IMG/VR virus record: IMGVR_UViG_3300033067_001302
Span: 18,596-82,595 of that record
DNA from: a virus
Taxonomy: Duplodnaviria; Caudoviricetes
Strand: one strand, 5' to 3'
Length of the DNA: 64,000 nucleotides
The notes under the pieces are model-generated. The model worked only from the letters and a program-made list of their open reading frames with translations, was not told the origin of the DNA and made no database searches. The translations under genes were made by a program, and so were the position numbers. Positions within the stretch are counted from its first letter, which is position 1, and each line of letters opens with the position of its first letter. Below, piece by piece: positions 26,308-36,344 of this stretch.

Positions 26308-27240
26308 ATGGAAGCCATGAAGACATTTTTCTCGCTCATGACAGAGCAAAGGAACCGAAAAGAACACGAGGTCAAGTCCGACCTTGACGCCCATTTCAGT
26401 AAGAATCCCAAGGGAATAACCTGCCCGGTCCCAGGTTGTCCTTGCACCTTGACCTTCCTTCGATGGGGTGCATTGTGGGATCACTTCCTGGACAACAACC
26501 ACAAGCGTGACTTCTTCAAGGCATACGAGCAGAAGTACCACCGTCCCTTCTGTGACCCTTCAGGAGAGGGATTCAAGCATGGCGTTCGTTCCTTGATGCT
26601 GGCAATGCTGATTCAGCCAACCTCCTTGGTTTCCCTTCAAGCCATGCTTGTCAGGCGGAAGAAACCGGTCGTGGAAGCCGTTGAGAGGATCAAGAAGGTC
26701 CGCCCAGTACAGGAACAGCAGACCCTCCTTGTCGAGGCTGAGCCGCCAGCAGAAGCCGCCACAAAGCCAACAGAGGGCATCAAGGAACCACCTTCTAGGG
26801 TGGAGACCATTGAGCTTGCGAGGGTCATTGCAGGAAGCCCCACAAAGAAGAGTGCCTTCTCTCGACTCTCGGACATTATCCGGGACAGTAAAGAGATCAA
26901 CGTCGAGTGGAGAGGAGCTGTTTACTCCAAGTACGTGCACATGTTCCATGGTATTCCACCTTGCTTCCACTGCCGATCAGCGGAAGGAAAGCAGATCCAC
27001 CACCAGAACCCACTCTTCCATGAAATCATCCTCATTGCTCTCAACAAGTTGGCAACAACTGCTGATGAGGTCATGAAGGATTACGATAGCATGGAGGCAT
27101 CTATGGGAGGAACTGGCTTGTTCCACCGTGTTCTTGCGGAAGTGGTGAACTACCACAACCAAGAGGGTTGGGTCTTGGCTGTCCCCTACTGCCAAGAATG
27201 CAACCAAGATGCCGAAGCAAAAAGAAGAAAAGGAAGATAA
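26308..27240 (+). CDS. C2H2 zinc finger plus HNH-like domain protein (putative homing endonuclease)
   Basis: CPVPGC...LWDHFLDNNH; CFHC...QIHHQNPLFHEI...PYCQECN; antisense insertion in the tail module. Confidence 0.55.
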   Translation: MEAMKTFFSLMTEQRNRKEHEVKSDLDAHFSKNPKGITCPVPGCPCTLTFLRWGALWDHFLDNNHKRDFFKAYEQKYHRPFCDPSGEGFKHGVRSLMLAMLIQPTSLVSLQAMLVRRKKPVVEAVERIKKVRPVQEQQTLLVEAEPPAEAATKPTEGIKEPPSRVETIELARVIAGSPTKKSAFSRLSDIIRDSKEINVEWRGAVYSKYVHMFHGIPPCFHCRSAEGKQIHHQNPLFHEIILIALNKLATTADEVMKDYDSMEASMGGTGLFHRVLAEVVNYHNQEGWVLAVPYCQECNQDAEAKRRKGR

Positions 27241-27278
27241 GCTTCGAGTTCTGCAAGAGAATGCCCGAAGGCCAGTTC

Positions 27279-27767
27279 TCAGAATTGCAGGACAGCGTTG
27301 TCGTAGCGAAGTGTGAGCGAAATCTCAACGAGGTCCGATCCTTCGTAGGAAAGGTCGTTGAAGTTTGCTTCCGTGATGAATGCACCCTTGATATCCCAAA
27401 GCTGAACAACCGTTCCGACTGGATCAAGGAGCTTCAACTGGATGTCACGCTTGTAGAAGTCGGCATAGCCCTCACGGCCAGTAACCGACTCGTACTTGGC
27501 ACGAATCCACTCCATAACCTGCTGGGCTCCCGAAGGACCAACAGGATCGTGCATTGTCACGGTCATCGTGTTGAAGGTCGTCTTACCTCCAATGTACCGT
27601 GTTTGATTCATGAACGGAATGGCGACCTCTTCCGTTGTGAAAGTTGGGCGAGAAGCCGTCTTCACAAGGAATGCGTCGATTCCTTCAATTGCCAGGATGA
27701 ATTGACGCTTGGCAAGTGGTTGAAACTTGGTGACAAGCATGTCTTCTACGCCGAGTGTGGTAGCCAT
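27279..27767 (-). CDS. Tail tube protein (T4 gp19-like)
   Basis: RPTFTTEEVAIPFMN, YIGGKTTFNTMTVTMHDP, VMEWIR, YKRDIQLKLLDPVG.VVQLW...GAF, ISLTLRYD. Confidence 0.9.
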   Translation of the reverse strand: MATTLGVEDMLVTKFQPLAKRQFILAIEGIDAFLVKTASRPTFTTEEVAIPFMNQTRYIGGKTTFNTMTVTMHDPVGPSGAQQVMEWIRAKYESVTGREGYADFYKRDIQLKLLDPVGTVVQLWDIKGAFITEANFNDLSYEGSDLVEISLTLRYDNAVLQF

Positions 27768-27800
27768 TTGTTCTTACTCTCTTCTCCGATAAGTATTCGC

Positions 27801-28091
27801 TTATCTTTTTTGCTTGCTAATCGACTCGGCGATTCCTCTCACGTCAGCTTCGTCTGCTTTCAGACCGGCTGCCGCCAAGATGCCATCAGCTTGCTCAATG
27901 TGATGAACAGCCTTTTGGATCACCTCGGAAGGAATATCCTTTCCGTGAGCCGACATAATTCGGCCGGTAATCAGCATCAAAAGCTGTGTTGCATCATCAA
28001 GGTCGGAAGCGTCCACGGAACGCTCAAGATTTTCTTTGAGTGCCTTTGCAACCGACTCTTTGACCATCTGTTTCAGGTCTTTGACCTTCAT
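27801..28091 (-). CDS. Small late protein with leader helix
   Basis: Starts MKVKDLKQMVKESVAKALKE; TGATG overlap with the upstream stop. Confidence 0.6.
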   Translation of the reverse strand: MKVKDLKQMVKESVAKALKENLERSVDASDLDDATQLLMLITGRIMSAHGKDIPSEVIQKAVHHIEQADGILAAAGLKADEADVRGIAESISKQKR

Positions 28092-28882
28092 CAAACCCAC
28101 TCCCAACCAAGTACATCCATGATCGAGGAAGCAAGATGTTCTGCATTCTCATCACCGGAATCCAAGAGAGCAGAAAGAACCTTGTGCATACCCTCTCCGG
28201 TATCCATCATTGCCTCTGCTTCGCCTGAATCCATTCCGGCCTTTGCCATTGCAGCTTCGAACGAACGTGCGTCCGAACCACGAAGGGTCATTGACCAACC
28301 ACCATCGGCGTCCAAAGCAGCCTGAAGCTCCTCTGGAGATGGAAGCTGACCAAAGCTGGAGCTTCCTCTCTTTGGATCGCCGTCCGAAACACCCTCCTGG
28401 GTTGGAGCTGTCATCATGGAACCCGATGGCTTGCCTGCTGGAGGCATTGCTCCCCCTGGCATACCCATCTCCTGAAGAGAAGAACGAACAACCTTGCGGA
28501 CAGCCTCAGCAAGTGCTGTCTTGCTGATCTTTGCCTTTGGGGAGGTCTTCTTTTCTTGGATTGCCTTTTGGATTCCACCCTTTACGGCCTCGGAAACCAG
28601 CTTCTTGAGATCGCTCTTTTTCATTTTCTTCTCCATCAAGTCCATTTCGTTGGCTTGGTCGACTGCCTGTGCAATTTGGTTGTATTCCCACCCCTGGAAG
28701 GCTGGGGATGAAGCAAGGAAGTCAACGAAGGCCCTATCTCGCTTTGAGTCAGGAACAACAGCAATGGCGTTCACTGCTGCGTCGTGGTTTTGCGGCAAAT
28801 CAAGCCAATTTACCATGGCTCGGATATCTCCGGGCTTAATGAATTGGACTGGCAGCCTTGTTTCCTTGATCTTACTACTCAT
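28091..28882 (-). CDS. Late protein with internal MKKSDLKKLVSE helix
   Basis: 263-aa ORF between the sheath and tube genes; internal ATG at 28624 with GGAG upstream. Confidence 0.6.
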   Translation of the reverse strand: MSSKIKETRLPVQFIKPGDIRAMVNWLDLPQNHDAAVNAIAVVPDSKRDRAFVDFLASSPAFQGWEYNQIAQAVDQANEMDLMEKKMKKSDLKKLVSEAVKGGIQKAIQEKKTSPKAKISKTALAEAVRKVVRSSLQEMGMPGGAMPPAGKPSGSMMTAPTQEGVSDGDPKRGSSSFGQLPSPEELQAALDADGGWSMTLRGSDARSFEAAMAKAGMDSGEAEAMMDTGEGMHKVLSALLDSGDENAEHLASSIMDVLGWEWV

Positions 28883-28888
28883 CTCTCA

Positions 28889-31888
28889 TCATCCTTGGGA
28901 AAAGTTGCCCCTGTTGGTAATTACGAAGTCCACCGAGAGGAATTCGAGTGTCTTCGTTGGGATGATGAAGACCTTGCCCCTGATCGTCTTGTTTTCCAAG
29001 TCGGCCTGGGTTGTGGTTGAGGTGTCAATTGCGACCTTGAATCCATCAAGTCCCCTCTGGTCCTGAATCTTCTTCAGGATTGGAGTTACCTGCTGGTTAA
29101 ACCTTGCGATTGTGGCCTCACGAGACTGCTCGAAGAGCATCTTGTTTGCGACCTTGCGAACCTCACGGCGCACTGCAATCAAGAGCCTACGAACGTTCAC
29201 GCGATCCATGGAGCTCTGGCGAGCAAGGACAGTCTTCTGGCCCCACACAACCGGTCCTGTGCTTCCTGGGAAGGACACAATTGGGTTGATGTTGACAGCG
29301 TAAAGAGCGTCCATGTTTGCCTTGGACAGGCGAACCACAGGCTCCACAGACGACTCAAGAGCGCCTCTGGTGAAACCGGCAGGAGCGAACCATGGGTAAC
29401 CCACAGCGTCGTTCTTGCTGAATGCCCCAAGAACACCAACCGTTGGAGGAACACGGACCGTATCACGGTTGTATCCATCCTTCATGGTCAGGTCAGGGAA
29501 ATATGCTGCTGCAAACGAGCTGTTCAATCCACGACCCGAGAAGTTCGTAATCGTGTTGTTCACGCTCACACGCTGCGAAGAACCGGAGACAACGAGGTTG
29601 TCAATGTCCCTCTCTTCAATGTCCATGAGGTAAAGAGCGTCGAAACGATCTTCCACGGAGCGGATTGCCAAGTCCGTAACGTAGCGCTGACGAACTCCAG
29701 GCATTGCCAAGAGTTGGATGTCAACTTCCGTCGAATCCTGCATGATCGACAGAGCCTTGGTGAAGGACGAAACCGTAGGACCCGAGGACAAACCACGAGC
29801 TGTGTAGGTCATCTCTTCTGCAAGAGCCTTGTTTGTAAGCTGTGCTGCATCTGCATCGAAGATGCGGACGCCATCAAAGCCACCCTGAAGGGTAAAGGAG
29901 AACTTGGCAAGAGCACGAGCTCCTGGGTCCAGGAGATCCGACACTGTCAGGGCCTTGGTCAAAGCCGTGGTGTTTGTGGCGATTCCACCAGCACGGGTGT
30001 AGGTCCAGTTCTCCGGCTTGGTTCCATCGGCAATTCCGCTTGCGGAAACGTATGGAACAGTCAGGTTCTCCAAGGTGAACAGGTTGTTGTTGAACCTGTC
30101 AGCATCGAGAATTCCGTTTTCTGCTGTGTCAGCAACTCCCTCATTTGCAGAAACAAGGACATTTTGCCAAACAGTCTGGAATGTTGGGAAATACTTCGAG
30201 TACGACTTGATAGAGTCGTTTGCCACGTAGCTGGAGTTTGGATCGGTTGCCGACTCTTGACGCTCGAACTGAACACCCCAGTAGAGGTTCTTGTCCGAAG
30301 TCTGAGTTGGGCTAGTTCCCCTTGTCAACACCAAGCGGAATGGTACAGGTGGCTGCACAAGCTTGTAGAATGGGTTCGACGAGCTGTAACCAGCCGAATC
30401 CGAGAATGCTGGCATTGGAGCCGTTCCCGAGGTGATGAGGTGAGGGTAACCCCTGAAACCCATTGGAAGGGCTGTCTCAGGAGCTTCTCCATTTGTCACG
30501 TCGTCGGAAATCTGGACACGGATGTACTTCGAGCGGATTGGGTAATCACCCGTCTGATTCAACTTCTGCTTCCCAAGGGTTGCGTCGAAGTTGTAGAACA
30601 ACCTTGCGTCACCGATGATCTTGCCGATGTACCTTGGGCTTCCAACGTCGAGGCTCAAAGCTCTCCATGCTTCAAGAACAACCTTGTTGTTGTCCGAGTC
30701 GTTGAAATCTCGAACAAGGAGGTCGAAGGTGCCGAACTGCGTTGTGTCGGAGTTCGATGGCTGGATGTTCTCGATGGAAATCTTCAGCTTGGCATTTGGC
30801 TCTTCGCCGTCGCCGGATGCCCAAACCTGGAAGAGGTTGATTGGACGACCACCGAACTTCTGCGAGATGACCCAGGTCGACTTGGCTGTAGCAAAGCGAT
30901 CCTCGAATCCTTCGAAGTTTGGAGCCGTGGTTGTTCCGCTGTTCCTTGTCTGCGAACCAGTCAAGATGAATGCGCAACGCTCACGGTATCCGTTACCTGC
31001 GGCTGCACCGGATGCTGCAACAACGATTCCAGAACCCGTCACAACAGCGATTGCTGGGTGAATGTCGTGGTGGCTGTAGAGAACGTAACCGGCACGCTCA
31101 AGGAGAAGTGGGTCCTTGTTGAAGGTCTTTGCAAAGTAGTTTGGAGCAGAAGGATCAAACGAAGCCGTGATCACGTTGCTGTAAGCCGAGTCCGTTGCCT
31201 TGTGCCCATTCAGGAACATGACAAACTCTTGCTTGCCGGAACCAAGGTTCACAGCTCCAGAGATGGCTCCCTTGATGTTTGCAGCCGTTGCAGCAGCCGT
31301 CGTAGACGGAGCTGTAGAGGTAGTGTTGTAGGAGCTGGAAAGAGTCAGAACCACGCCAGAAGCAGCCATCAGGACGCCACGGATGACAGGAACTCCCTGC
31401 GCAGACAGTCCAGCATCGGTGAAGACTGTCGAGCCGTTAGACTGCGACATGAATGCTCCCAGAAAGTAAGTCCTTCCGAGAGGTCCTGTGGTGTTTGCAA
31501 AGGCGTTGCTTCCGAGATTTCCTGAAAGCGTTGCTTGTGGCTGCTCATCTCCAACCACGAAACCTGCATTTGTTACCTTGCCAGCGTTGTTGCCCGAAGA
31601 AGTTCTCTTTTGGCCGTCCCCAGCACCAAGGACGCGCATGTAGGTAATTGCTTGTGCATTCCTGAGCCACTCGTTTGCTGCCAGAGGGCCTGCACGGAAA
31701 GTGATTGTAGGTGCTCCGAAGCGCACCACAAAGTCCTTCATTCCAGGGAGGGTTACTGGCACAAAGGCAGGCCCCTTCGATGCAGGAGCAATCACTCCAG
31801 CAGGAATTCCGACTGGTTCATTGGCCGTTGGTCCCGTCAGGTCGATTTCTCGGGTTGTTACGCCAGCGCTCTTAAATCCTTGTGCCAT
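28889..31888 (-). CDS. Tail sheath protein 1 (999 aa)
   Basis: FKSAGVTTREIDL, GYPWFAPAGFTRG, WGQKT, RVNVRRLLI, PTKTLEFLSVDFVI. Confidence 0.93.
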   Translation of the reverse strand: MAQGFKSAGVTTREIDLTGPTANEPVGIPAGVIAPASKGPAFVPVTLPGMKDFVVRFGAPTITFRAGPLAANEWLRNAQAITYMRVLGAGDGQKRTSSGNNAGKVTNAGFVVGDEQPQATLSGNLGSNAFANTTGPLGRTYFLGAFMSQSNGSTVFTDAGLSAQGVPVIRGVLMAASGVVLTLSSSYNTTSTAPSTTAAATAANIKGAISGAVNLGSGKQEFVMFLNGHKATDSAYSNVITASFDPSAPNYFAKTFNKDPLLLERAGYVLYSHHDIHPAIAVVTGSGIVVAASGAAAGNGYRERCAFILTGSQTRNSGTTTAPNFEGFEDRFATAKSTWVISQKFGGRPINLFQVWASGDGEEPNAKLKISIENIQPSNSDTTQFGTFDLLVRDFNDSDNNKVVLEAWRALSLDVGSPRYIGKIIGDARLFYNFDATLGKQKLNQTGDYPIRSKYIRVQISDDVTNGEAPETALPMGFRGYPHLITSGTAPMPAFSDSAGYSSSNPFYKLVQPPVPFRLVLTRGTSPTQTSDKNLYWGVQFERQESATDPNSSYVANDSIKSYSKYFPTFQTVWQNVLVSANEGVADTAENGILDADRFNNNLFTLENLTVPYVSASGIADGTKPENWTYTRAGGIATNTTALTKALTVSDLLDPGARALAKFSFTLQGGFDGVRIFDADAAQLTNKALAEEMTYTARGLSSGPTVSSFTKALSIMQDSTEVDIQLLAMPGVRQRYVTDLAIRSVEDRFDALYLMDIEERDIDNLVVSGSSQRVSVNNTITNFSGRGLNSSFAAAYFPDLTMKDGYNRDTVRVPPTVGVLGAFSKNDAVGYPWFAPAGFTRGALESSVEPVVRLSKANMDALYAVNINPIVSFPGSTGPVVWGQKTVLARQSSMDRVNVRRLLIAVRREVRKVANKMLFEQSREATIARFNQQVTPILKKIQDQRGLDGFKVAIDTSTTTQADLENKTIRGKVFIIPTKTLEFLSVDFVITNRGNFSQG

Positions 31889-31956
31889 GATGCTTTTCCC
31901 TTAGACAGCTATTCCGTAAGTATGCCCGTGTGGACTGTTCAGGTCCCTGTTGTTTG

Positions 31957-34900
31957 TCAGACGAACTGAACGCCACTTGGCGAAACGATGAAGTCAAGCG
32001 CAATGAACTCAACTGCAAGGGTTGGGAGCAAGCGGATTTGAACGTTCATCTGGTTGGAGTCGAGATCGACTTGGGTGTTGTTGCTGTCGTCGCAAATCAC
32101 GACGAAAGCCTGGAGTCCACCCTTTGCCTGGATGCTCGACAAAACAGCGTTGTACTGCTTCACAAGCTCCGTGCGGAGGGAGACTGTCATGTTCTCAAAC
32201 ATGAGCTTGTTTCCGATTTCAACGATGCTCCTCTTGGCCTCAAGGATCATTCTCTTGACATTCGTAGAGGTCAAAGAGGACTTTCCTTGCTTGAGGGTCA
32301 TCTGGCTTGGAATCACGAAACCAGCTTGTGGGTACCTCACGATTGGATTGATTCTTGCCGCAATCAGACGATCGCGCTCTGGCTGGTTCAGCCTTACTGT
32401 GGTTCCCTTGACAAAGCCAAGAGCAGCACGGTTGAATCCGGCAGGAGCAAACCATGGGTAGCCAACCCTGTCGTTGTAACCGAAAGCCGACAAGGTCACA
32501 GCGCTTGCGGGAACAATGACATTTCTGCCATTTGTTGTGTCCTCAATCGTTGTGTTTGGGAAAGCTGCGGTTACTGCATCGTTGTCGATTGCACGAGCAT
32601 CGAACACATCCTTGGTTTCGTCCGAATCAGTGTAACGACCGCTGTCTCCATCGAAGATGCGGGTTCCATTGAAGTCGTAGTAAGGGATGTCCACGATGTA
32701 CATGGACAGGGTGTGCTCAGCCGTCTTCGTAGCAGCATCGTCGGTGACGAATGGTTCACGGATTCCTGGGATCACCAGAATGTTGTGCTGGGAAATCAAA
32801 GGGTCTGTGATGATCTTCACTGCCGTCTGGTAAGAGAAGATCGAAGCGTTGGTCTTTCCTGTTCCCGTAAGGTTCGAGGAGAATCCTGGGGACGTGAAGC
32901 TGCCATTTGCACCACCGCCACTCTCTGTAGAGGTAGCCTTGTCGTTCAAACGAGCAGCGTTCTTGTCCAAGATGTTGACTCCATCAAATCCACCAGCCAT
33001 CACAGTCGTGAACTTGGCGTAATCCGAGAACTGGTTGAACACAGCAGCCGTGGAACCCTTCATCAGAAGAGTTGCCAAGGTCACACGAGCTCCATTTGTG
33101 TCGGTAACGGTGTAATCCGATGGATCGACCGTTCCATTACGGATGTAAGCCGTTTCCTTCATGTGCGTCTCTGCCGAAGCCGTAACGTCAGCGAGAGTGA
33201 TGTTGGAAAGGCACACACGGGCAAGCGTGAACTTGTTGTCGTTGAAGGTGTCGGCCTTGGAGCCGGTCACCAACACGTCGAGCTTCTCAATTCCGTGGAA
33301 CTTCGTCAAAGCACCCACCAAGGCGTTTGGCTCGTTCGAGATGTTTGGGTTCAGGACGTTCACATTGCGCTCACCCTTGACACCCCAGAAGTACCTGGAA
33401 TCCACAACCTCGTTGGCTCCAGGTTGACCCTCAAAGCCAGCAGAAGCAGAAACCTCACCCCTTGTCACCTTGAAGCGGAAAGGAAGTGGAGGAAGCATTG
33501 CCGAGAGCAGACGGTCATCTGTCGTGCCGGAAGCTGCCAGACGGATGAAGGAACCAGAGATTCCACCAACTGGCAAACCATCGTTTCCAGTATGGGAGGT
33601 GTTCAGGAAGCTGAAACCACGGAATCCGAATGGAAGAGCATTTCCAGGAATTGTCTTCCTGGTGACTTGGTCAGACATAACCACACGAATGAGCTTCGAG
33701 CGGTTTGGGTTCTGGCCTTCCTTCACCAAACGGCGGTCCTCTGGGTCGAGGGTATCAAAGGTGTAGGAAACCTTGATATCACCAATGACCTTGGCGATGT
33801 AGTTGTCAGCGTCAGGGTCAAGGCTGACGTTGTTGTACTGCTCGATCACCATTGGCTCAATGTCCGTGTCATCGAAGGCACGAACAAGGACAGTGAAGGT
33901 TCCAAAGAGGTACTTCGGATCGCTCGAAGCTCTCAGGTTGGCAATCGAAATCTTGTATTTTTGGTTGGCGTAAGCACCGTCGTCCAGGGACTCAAAGTAG
34001 AAGAGGTTGTACTCTGTTGCCCCGAAAGGTTGAGAGATGAACCAAGTCGTCTTTGGTGTCGTGAACCTTGTGTCAAAGCGTCCGAAGGCATCCCTGAGAG
34101 TCAGGGAAGTGTCTCCAGAGTTTGCCGAGGTGTTCGAGGAGCCAGAAACCACACCAACGCAGTTGGATGCAGTAGAAACCGTAGCAATCTCGTCGTCCAC
34201 TGCAAAGTCGCAGTAAAGGACGTGGCGCTCTGTCTCAAACTTCTCAGGATCGGTGTTCAGGATCTTGGCAATGTAGTCTGGGCTCGTTGGATTCAGCGAG
34301 GCAGTCATGATCCTCACGCCAGCGTATCCATCGGTGTTTCCGAAAGACGAGCCAGAGGACGAGGAAAGGACAAGCTTGAACTTCTTGTAGGTCACGCTTG
34401 TCGAAGCCGAATCGAGCGTTGCAAAGTCGTCCAAAGCCCCAGAGAAGGTGTCCGAGGCAGACATGATCATCAAGCGGGTATCGTGAGCCGTGAAGACCAT
34501 TCCACGAACCAAGTAAACGTCCGTAGACGAACCAGTCGTGAAGAAGGACGAGTTGTCCGAGAACATTGGAAGTCCGTAGACCTCAGTTCCAGTCACAACG
34601 TGCTTTGCAACGATAAACTGCGTCGAACCCTTGTAACGAAGGTCACCAGCACCCACAGCAGAGCCGCTGATCAAGAAACCTGCATTCTTGACAATTCCCT
34701 TTGTCCTGGTGTTGTCGAACTCGGTCTGGGTGGAGTTAGCTCCACCACCAAGAACGCGAACAAATGTGGCAGCAAAGCGGTTGTCAAGCCACTTCTGCAC
34801 TGCGTATGGGGCAGCAAACTTTGGGTTCAAGTCGCCGAACTTGCTCTGGAAGTCAGCAAAAGAACCAAGGGTAACTGGCACAAAAGCTGGTCCCTTTTGC

Positions 34901-35007
34901 GAAGTACCAACGATTGCAGCCGGAATACCAGAAGGCTCAACCGTCCTGGCAGAGAGGTCGATTTCACGGTCGTAGAACCCTGGGCTCTTGAAAATTTGGT
35001 CGCTCAT
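31957..35007 (-). CDS. Tail sheath protein 2 (1016 aa)
   Basis: FKSPGFYDREIDL, GYPWFAPAGFNR, NVKRMIL, PTLAVEFIALDFIV. Confidence 0.92.
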   Translation of the reverse strand: MSDQIFKSPGFYDREIDLSARTVEPSGIPAAIVGTSQKGPAFVPVTLGSFADFQSKFGDLNPKFAAPYAVQKWLDNRFAATFVRVLGGGANSTQTEFDNTRTKGIVKNAGFLISGSAVGAGDLRYKGSTQFIVAKHVVTGTEVYGLPMFSDNSSFFTTGSSTDVYLVRGMVFTAHDTRLMIMSASDTFSGALDDFATLDSASTSVTYKKFKLVLSSSSGSSFGNTDGYAGVRIMTASLNPTSPDYIAKILNTDPEKFETERHVLYCDFAVDDEIATVSTASNCVGVVSGSSNTSANSGDTSLTLRDAFGRFDTRFTTPKTTWFISQPFGATEYNLFYFESLDDGAYANQKYKISIANLRASSDPKYLFGTFTVLVRAFDDTDIEPMVIEQYNNVSLDPDADNYIAKVIGDIKVSYTFDTLDPEDRRLVKEGQNPNRSKLIRVVMSDQVTRKTIPGNALPFGFRGFSFLNTSHTGNDGLPVGGISGSFIRLAASGTTDDRLLSAMLPPLPFRFKVTRGEVSASAGFEGQPGANEVVDSRYFWGVKGERNVNVLNPNISNEPNALVGALTKFHGIEKLDVLVTGSKADTFNDNKFTLARVCLSNITLADVTASAETHMKETAYIRNGTVDPSDYTVTDTNGARVTLATLLMKGSTAAVFNQFSDYAKFTTVMAGGFDGVNILDKNAARLNDKATSTESGGGANGSFTSPGFSSNLTGTGKTNASIFSYQTAVKIITDPLISQHNILVIPGIREPFVTDDAATKTAEHTLSMYIVDIPYYDFNGTRIFDGDSGRYTDSDETKDVFDARAIDNDAVTAAFPNTTIEDTTNGRNVIVPASAVTLSAFGYNDRVGYPWFAPAGFNRAALGFVKGTTVRLNQPERDRLIAARINPIVRYPQAGFVIPSQMTLKQGKSSLTSTNVKRMILEAKRSIVEIGNKLMFENMTVSLRTELVKQYNAVLSSIQAKGGLQAFVVICDDSNNTQVDLDSNQMNVQIRLLPTLAVEFIALDFIVSPSGVQFV

Positions 35008-35109
35008 TATGTCCCTCGTCTAACTTCTGCCACGGAACGCAGCAATCAGTTCAGATTGTCTTGCGATAATTAGGGTCCAATATCCACGATTCCGACTTGG
35101 AGTCAGGCT

Positions 35110-36330
35110 TCATTTCCCTTGGATTGCGAGGATGAACTCGTCGAGGGTCTCAAACCCATCGGCGTAGTACACTGTTTCGCCTTGCTTTTGGTTGCTTCCC
35201 AGGATGCTGGCCTTTTTTACGGCCATCTTGCCAGTAAGAGGATTGGCTACCTTCTTCTCGACAATGAATCTCTGGTCCGAAGTCAAAGTTTGAGCATCCT
35301 CAACCCTTTCTTCGATATCTGACAGGGCATACGGCTCACCTGGGAGATTGGGTCCTTGGGGGCTTACAACCTTTCCTGTCGGGATCACTGTCTCAAAGGA
35401 GATTTCCACAGCAGAGATTGTTCTCCTGACAGGAACAGGCATTCCAGGCCCGTTGGAGGCCAAGAGGAAGGCTTTCACAGTCATTTGGAAGGTGTAGCGG
35501 ATAACCTTCTTGTCCTCGGTGAACTCTTCAAAGTTGTCAGCCGAGGTAACCTCATCGGAGATTTCGCCAATGAACCAATATCCCTTTGGGGTGTTCAAGC
35601 GAAACATCTTTCCTTGAGGAAGCTGTGCGCTCAAGAGAGTCGTGACCATGTAGTTCATGTGGACAGAGTAAGATGACCAAAAGGTAATCTCATACGTGGC
35701 CGTGTAGAACTGTGGCTGTGGGATAGTGATGACTTCCCAAACGTTGTTGCCAAGCTTCGGATCGAGAAGAGCTCCTTCCCTAACAGCTTCATCAACAATT
35801 GGACCGTTCTGACCTTGGTCTCTGGTGGAACTTGGTCCATTTGGGTTCAAGTCAGTCAAGGCAAGCTTGTTGATAAGGTTCTGGTAGTCCCTATCCTCCG
35901 AAGCAAGCCTTCTCTTGATCACCAAGTCTCCGGTAAACTGATTCATACCCCTGGAGGTTAGATCGTCGGGAGTTTGGGTGATTGACTTCCTGCGAATGGC
36001 AATAGCAGGAAGAATCAACTGGTGATCCTTCTTGGTCCTGATTGGACGAAGCTTCTTGACAAGAGCGAATCTTTCCCCTCCCGCCAGAATGACAAGAGGT
36101 TTGTTGACTTGCTCAACAGAGGACTCCCCATCGGAGATGCTTTGAGCTGCAAACCCAATTTCCCTGTCGAATAGTGCATGGACTGCCACATCCACATCTT
36201 CAATGTCACATGAAGGAATGGTGTAGTCTGTAGGACTTGAGCCCTCGTAACCTGTAGGAAGATGCTCTACCGGGTTTCTTGGGTCACGCTCAATGTTCCA
36301 GCGAGTAGAATTCTTCCCGGATGGTGCCAT
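35110..36330 (-). CDS. Tail terminator / sheath stabilizer (gp15-like)
   Basis: PQPQFYTATYEITFWS, VIRYTFQMTVKAFL; lies between the neck and sheath genes. Confidence 0.6.
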   Translation of the reverse strand: MAPSGKNSTRWNIERDPRNPVEHLPTGYEGSSPTDYTIPSCDIEDVDVAVHALFDREIGFAAQSISDGESSVEQVNKPLVILAGGERFALVKKLRPIRTKKDHQLILPAIAIRRKSITQTPDDLTSRGMNQFTGDLVIKRRLASEDRDYQNLINKLALTDLNPNGPSSTRDQGQNGPIVDEAVREGALLDPKLGNNVWEVITIPQPQFYTATYEITFWSSYSVHMNYMVTTLLSAQLPQGKMFRLNTPKGYWFIGEISDEVTSADNFEEFTEDKKVIRYTFQMTVKAFLLASNGPGMPVPVRRTISAVEISFETVIPTGKVVSPQGPNLPGEPYALSDIEERVEDAQTLTSDQRFIVEKKVANPLTGKMAVKKASILGSNQKQGETVYYADGFETLDEFILAIQGK

Positions 36331-36344
36331 GCTGGTAATTATGC

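Noticed and set aside
31930-35073. 1047-aa plus-strand ORF exactly antisense to sheath 2, and similar long antisense ORFs (110-871, 3474-4658, 16039-17241, 29714-31525, 42972-44579, 44650-46260)
   Set aside because: They mirror well-identified genes codon for codon. The genome rarely uses TTA, CTA and TCA codons, which removes antisense stops, and the products have no recognisable motifs.
8042-36330. Extracellular contractile injection system (eCIS/AFP) interpretation of the double-sheath tail block
   Set aside because: It is contiguous with portal, protease, capsid, terminase and replication genes, so it is a phage tail.
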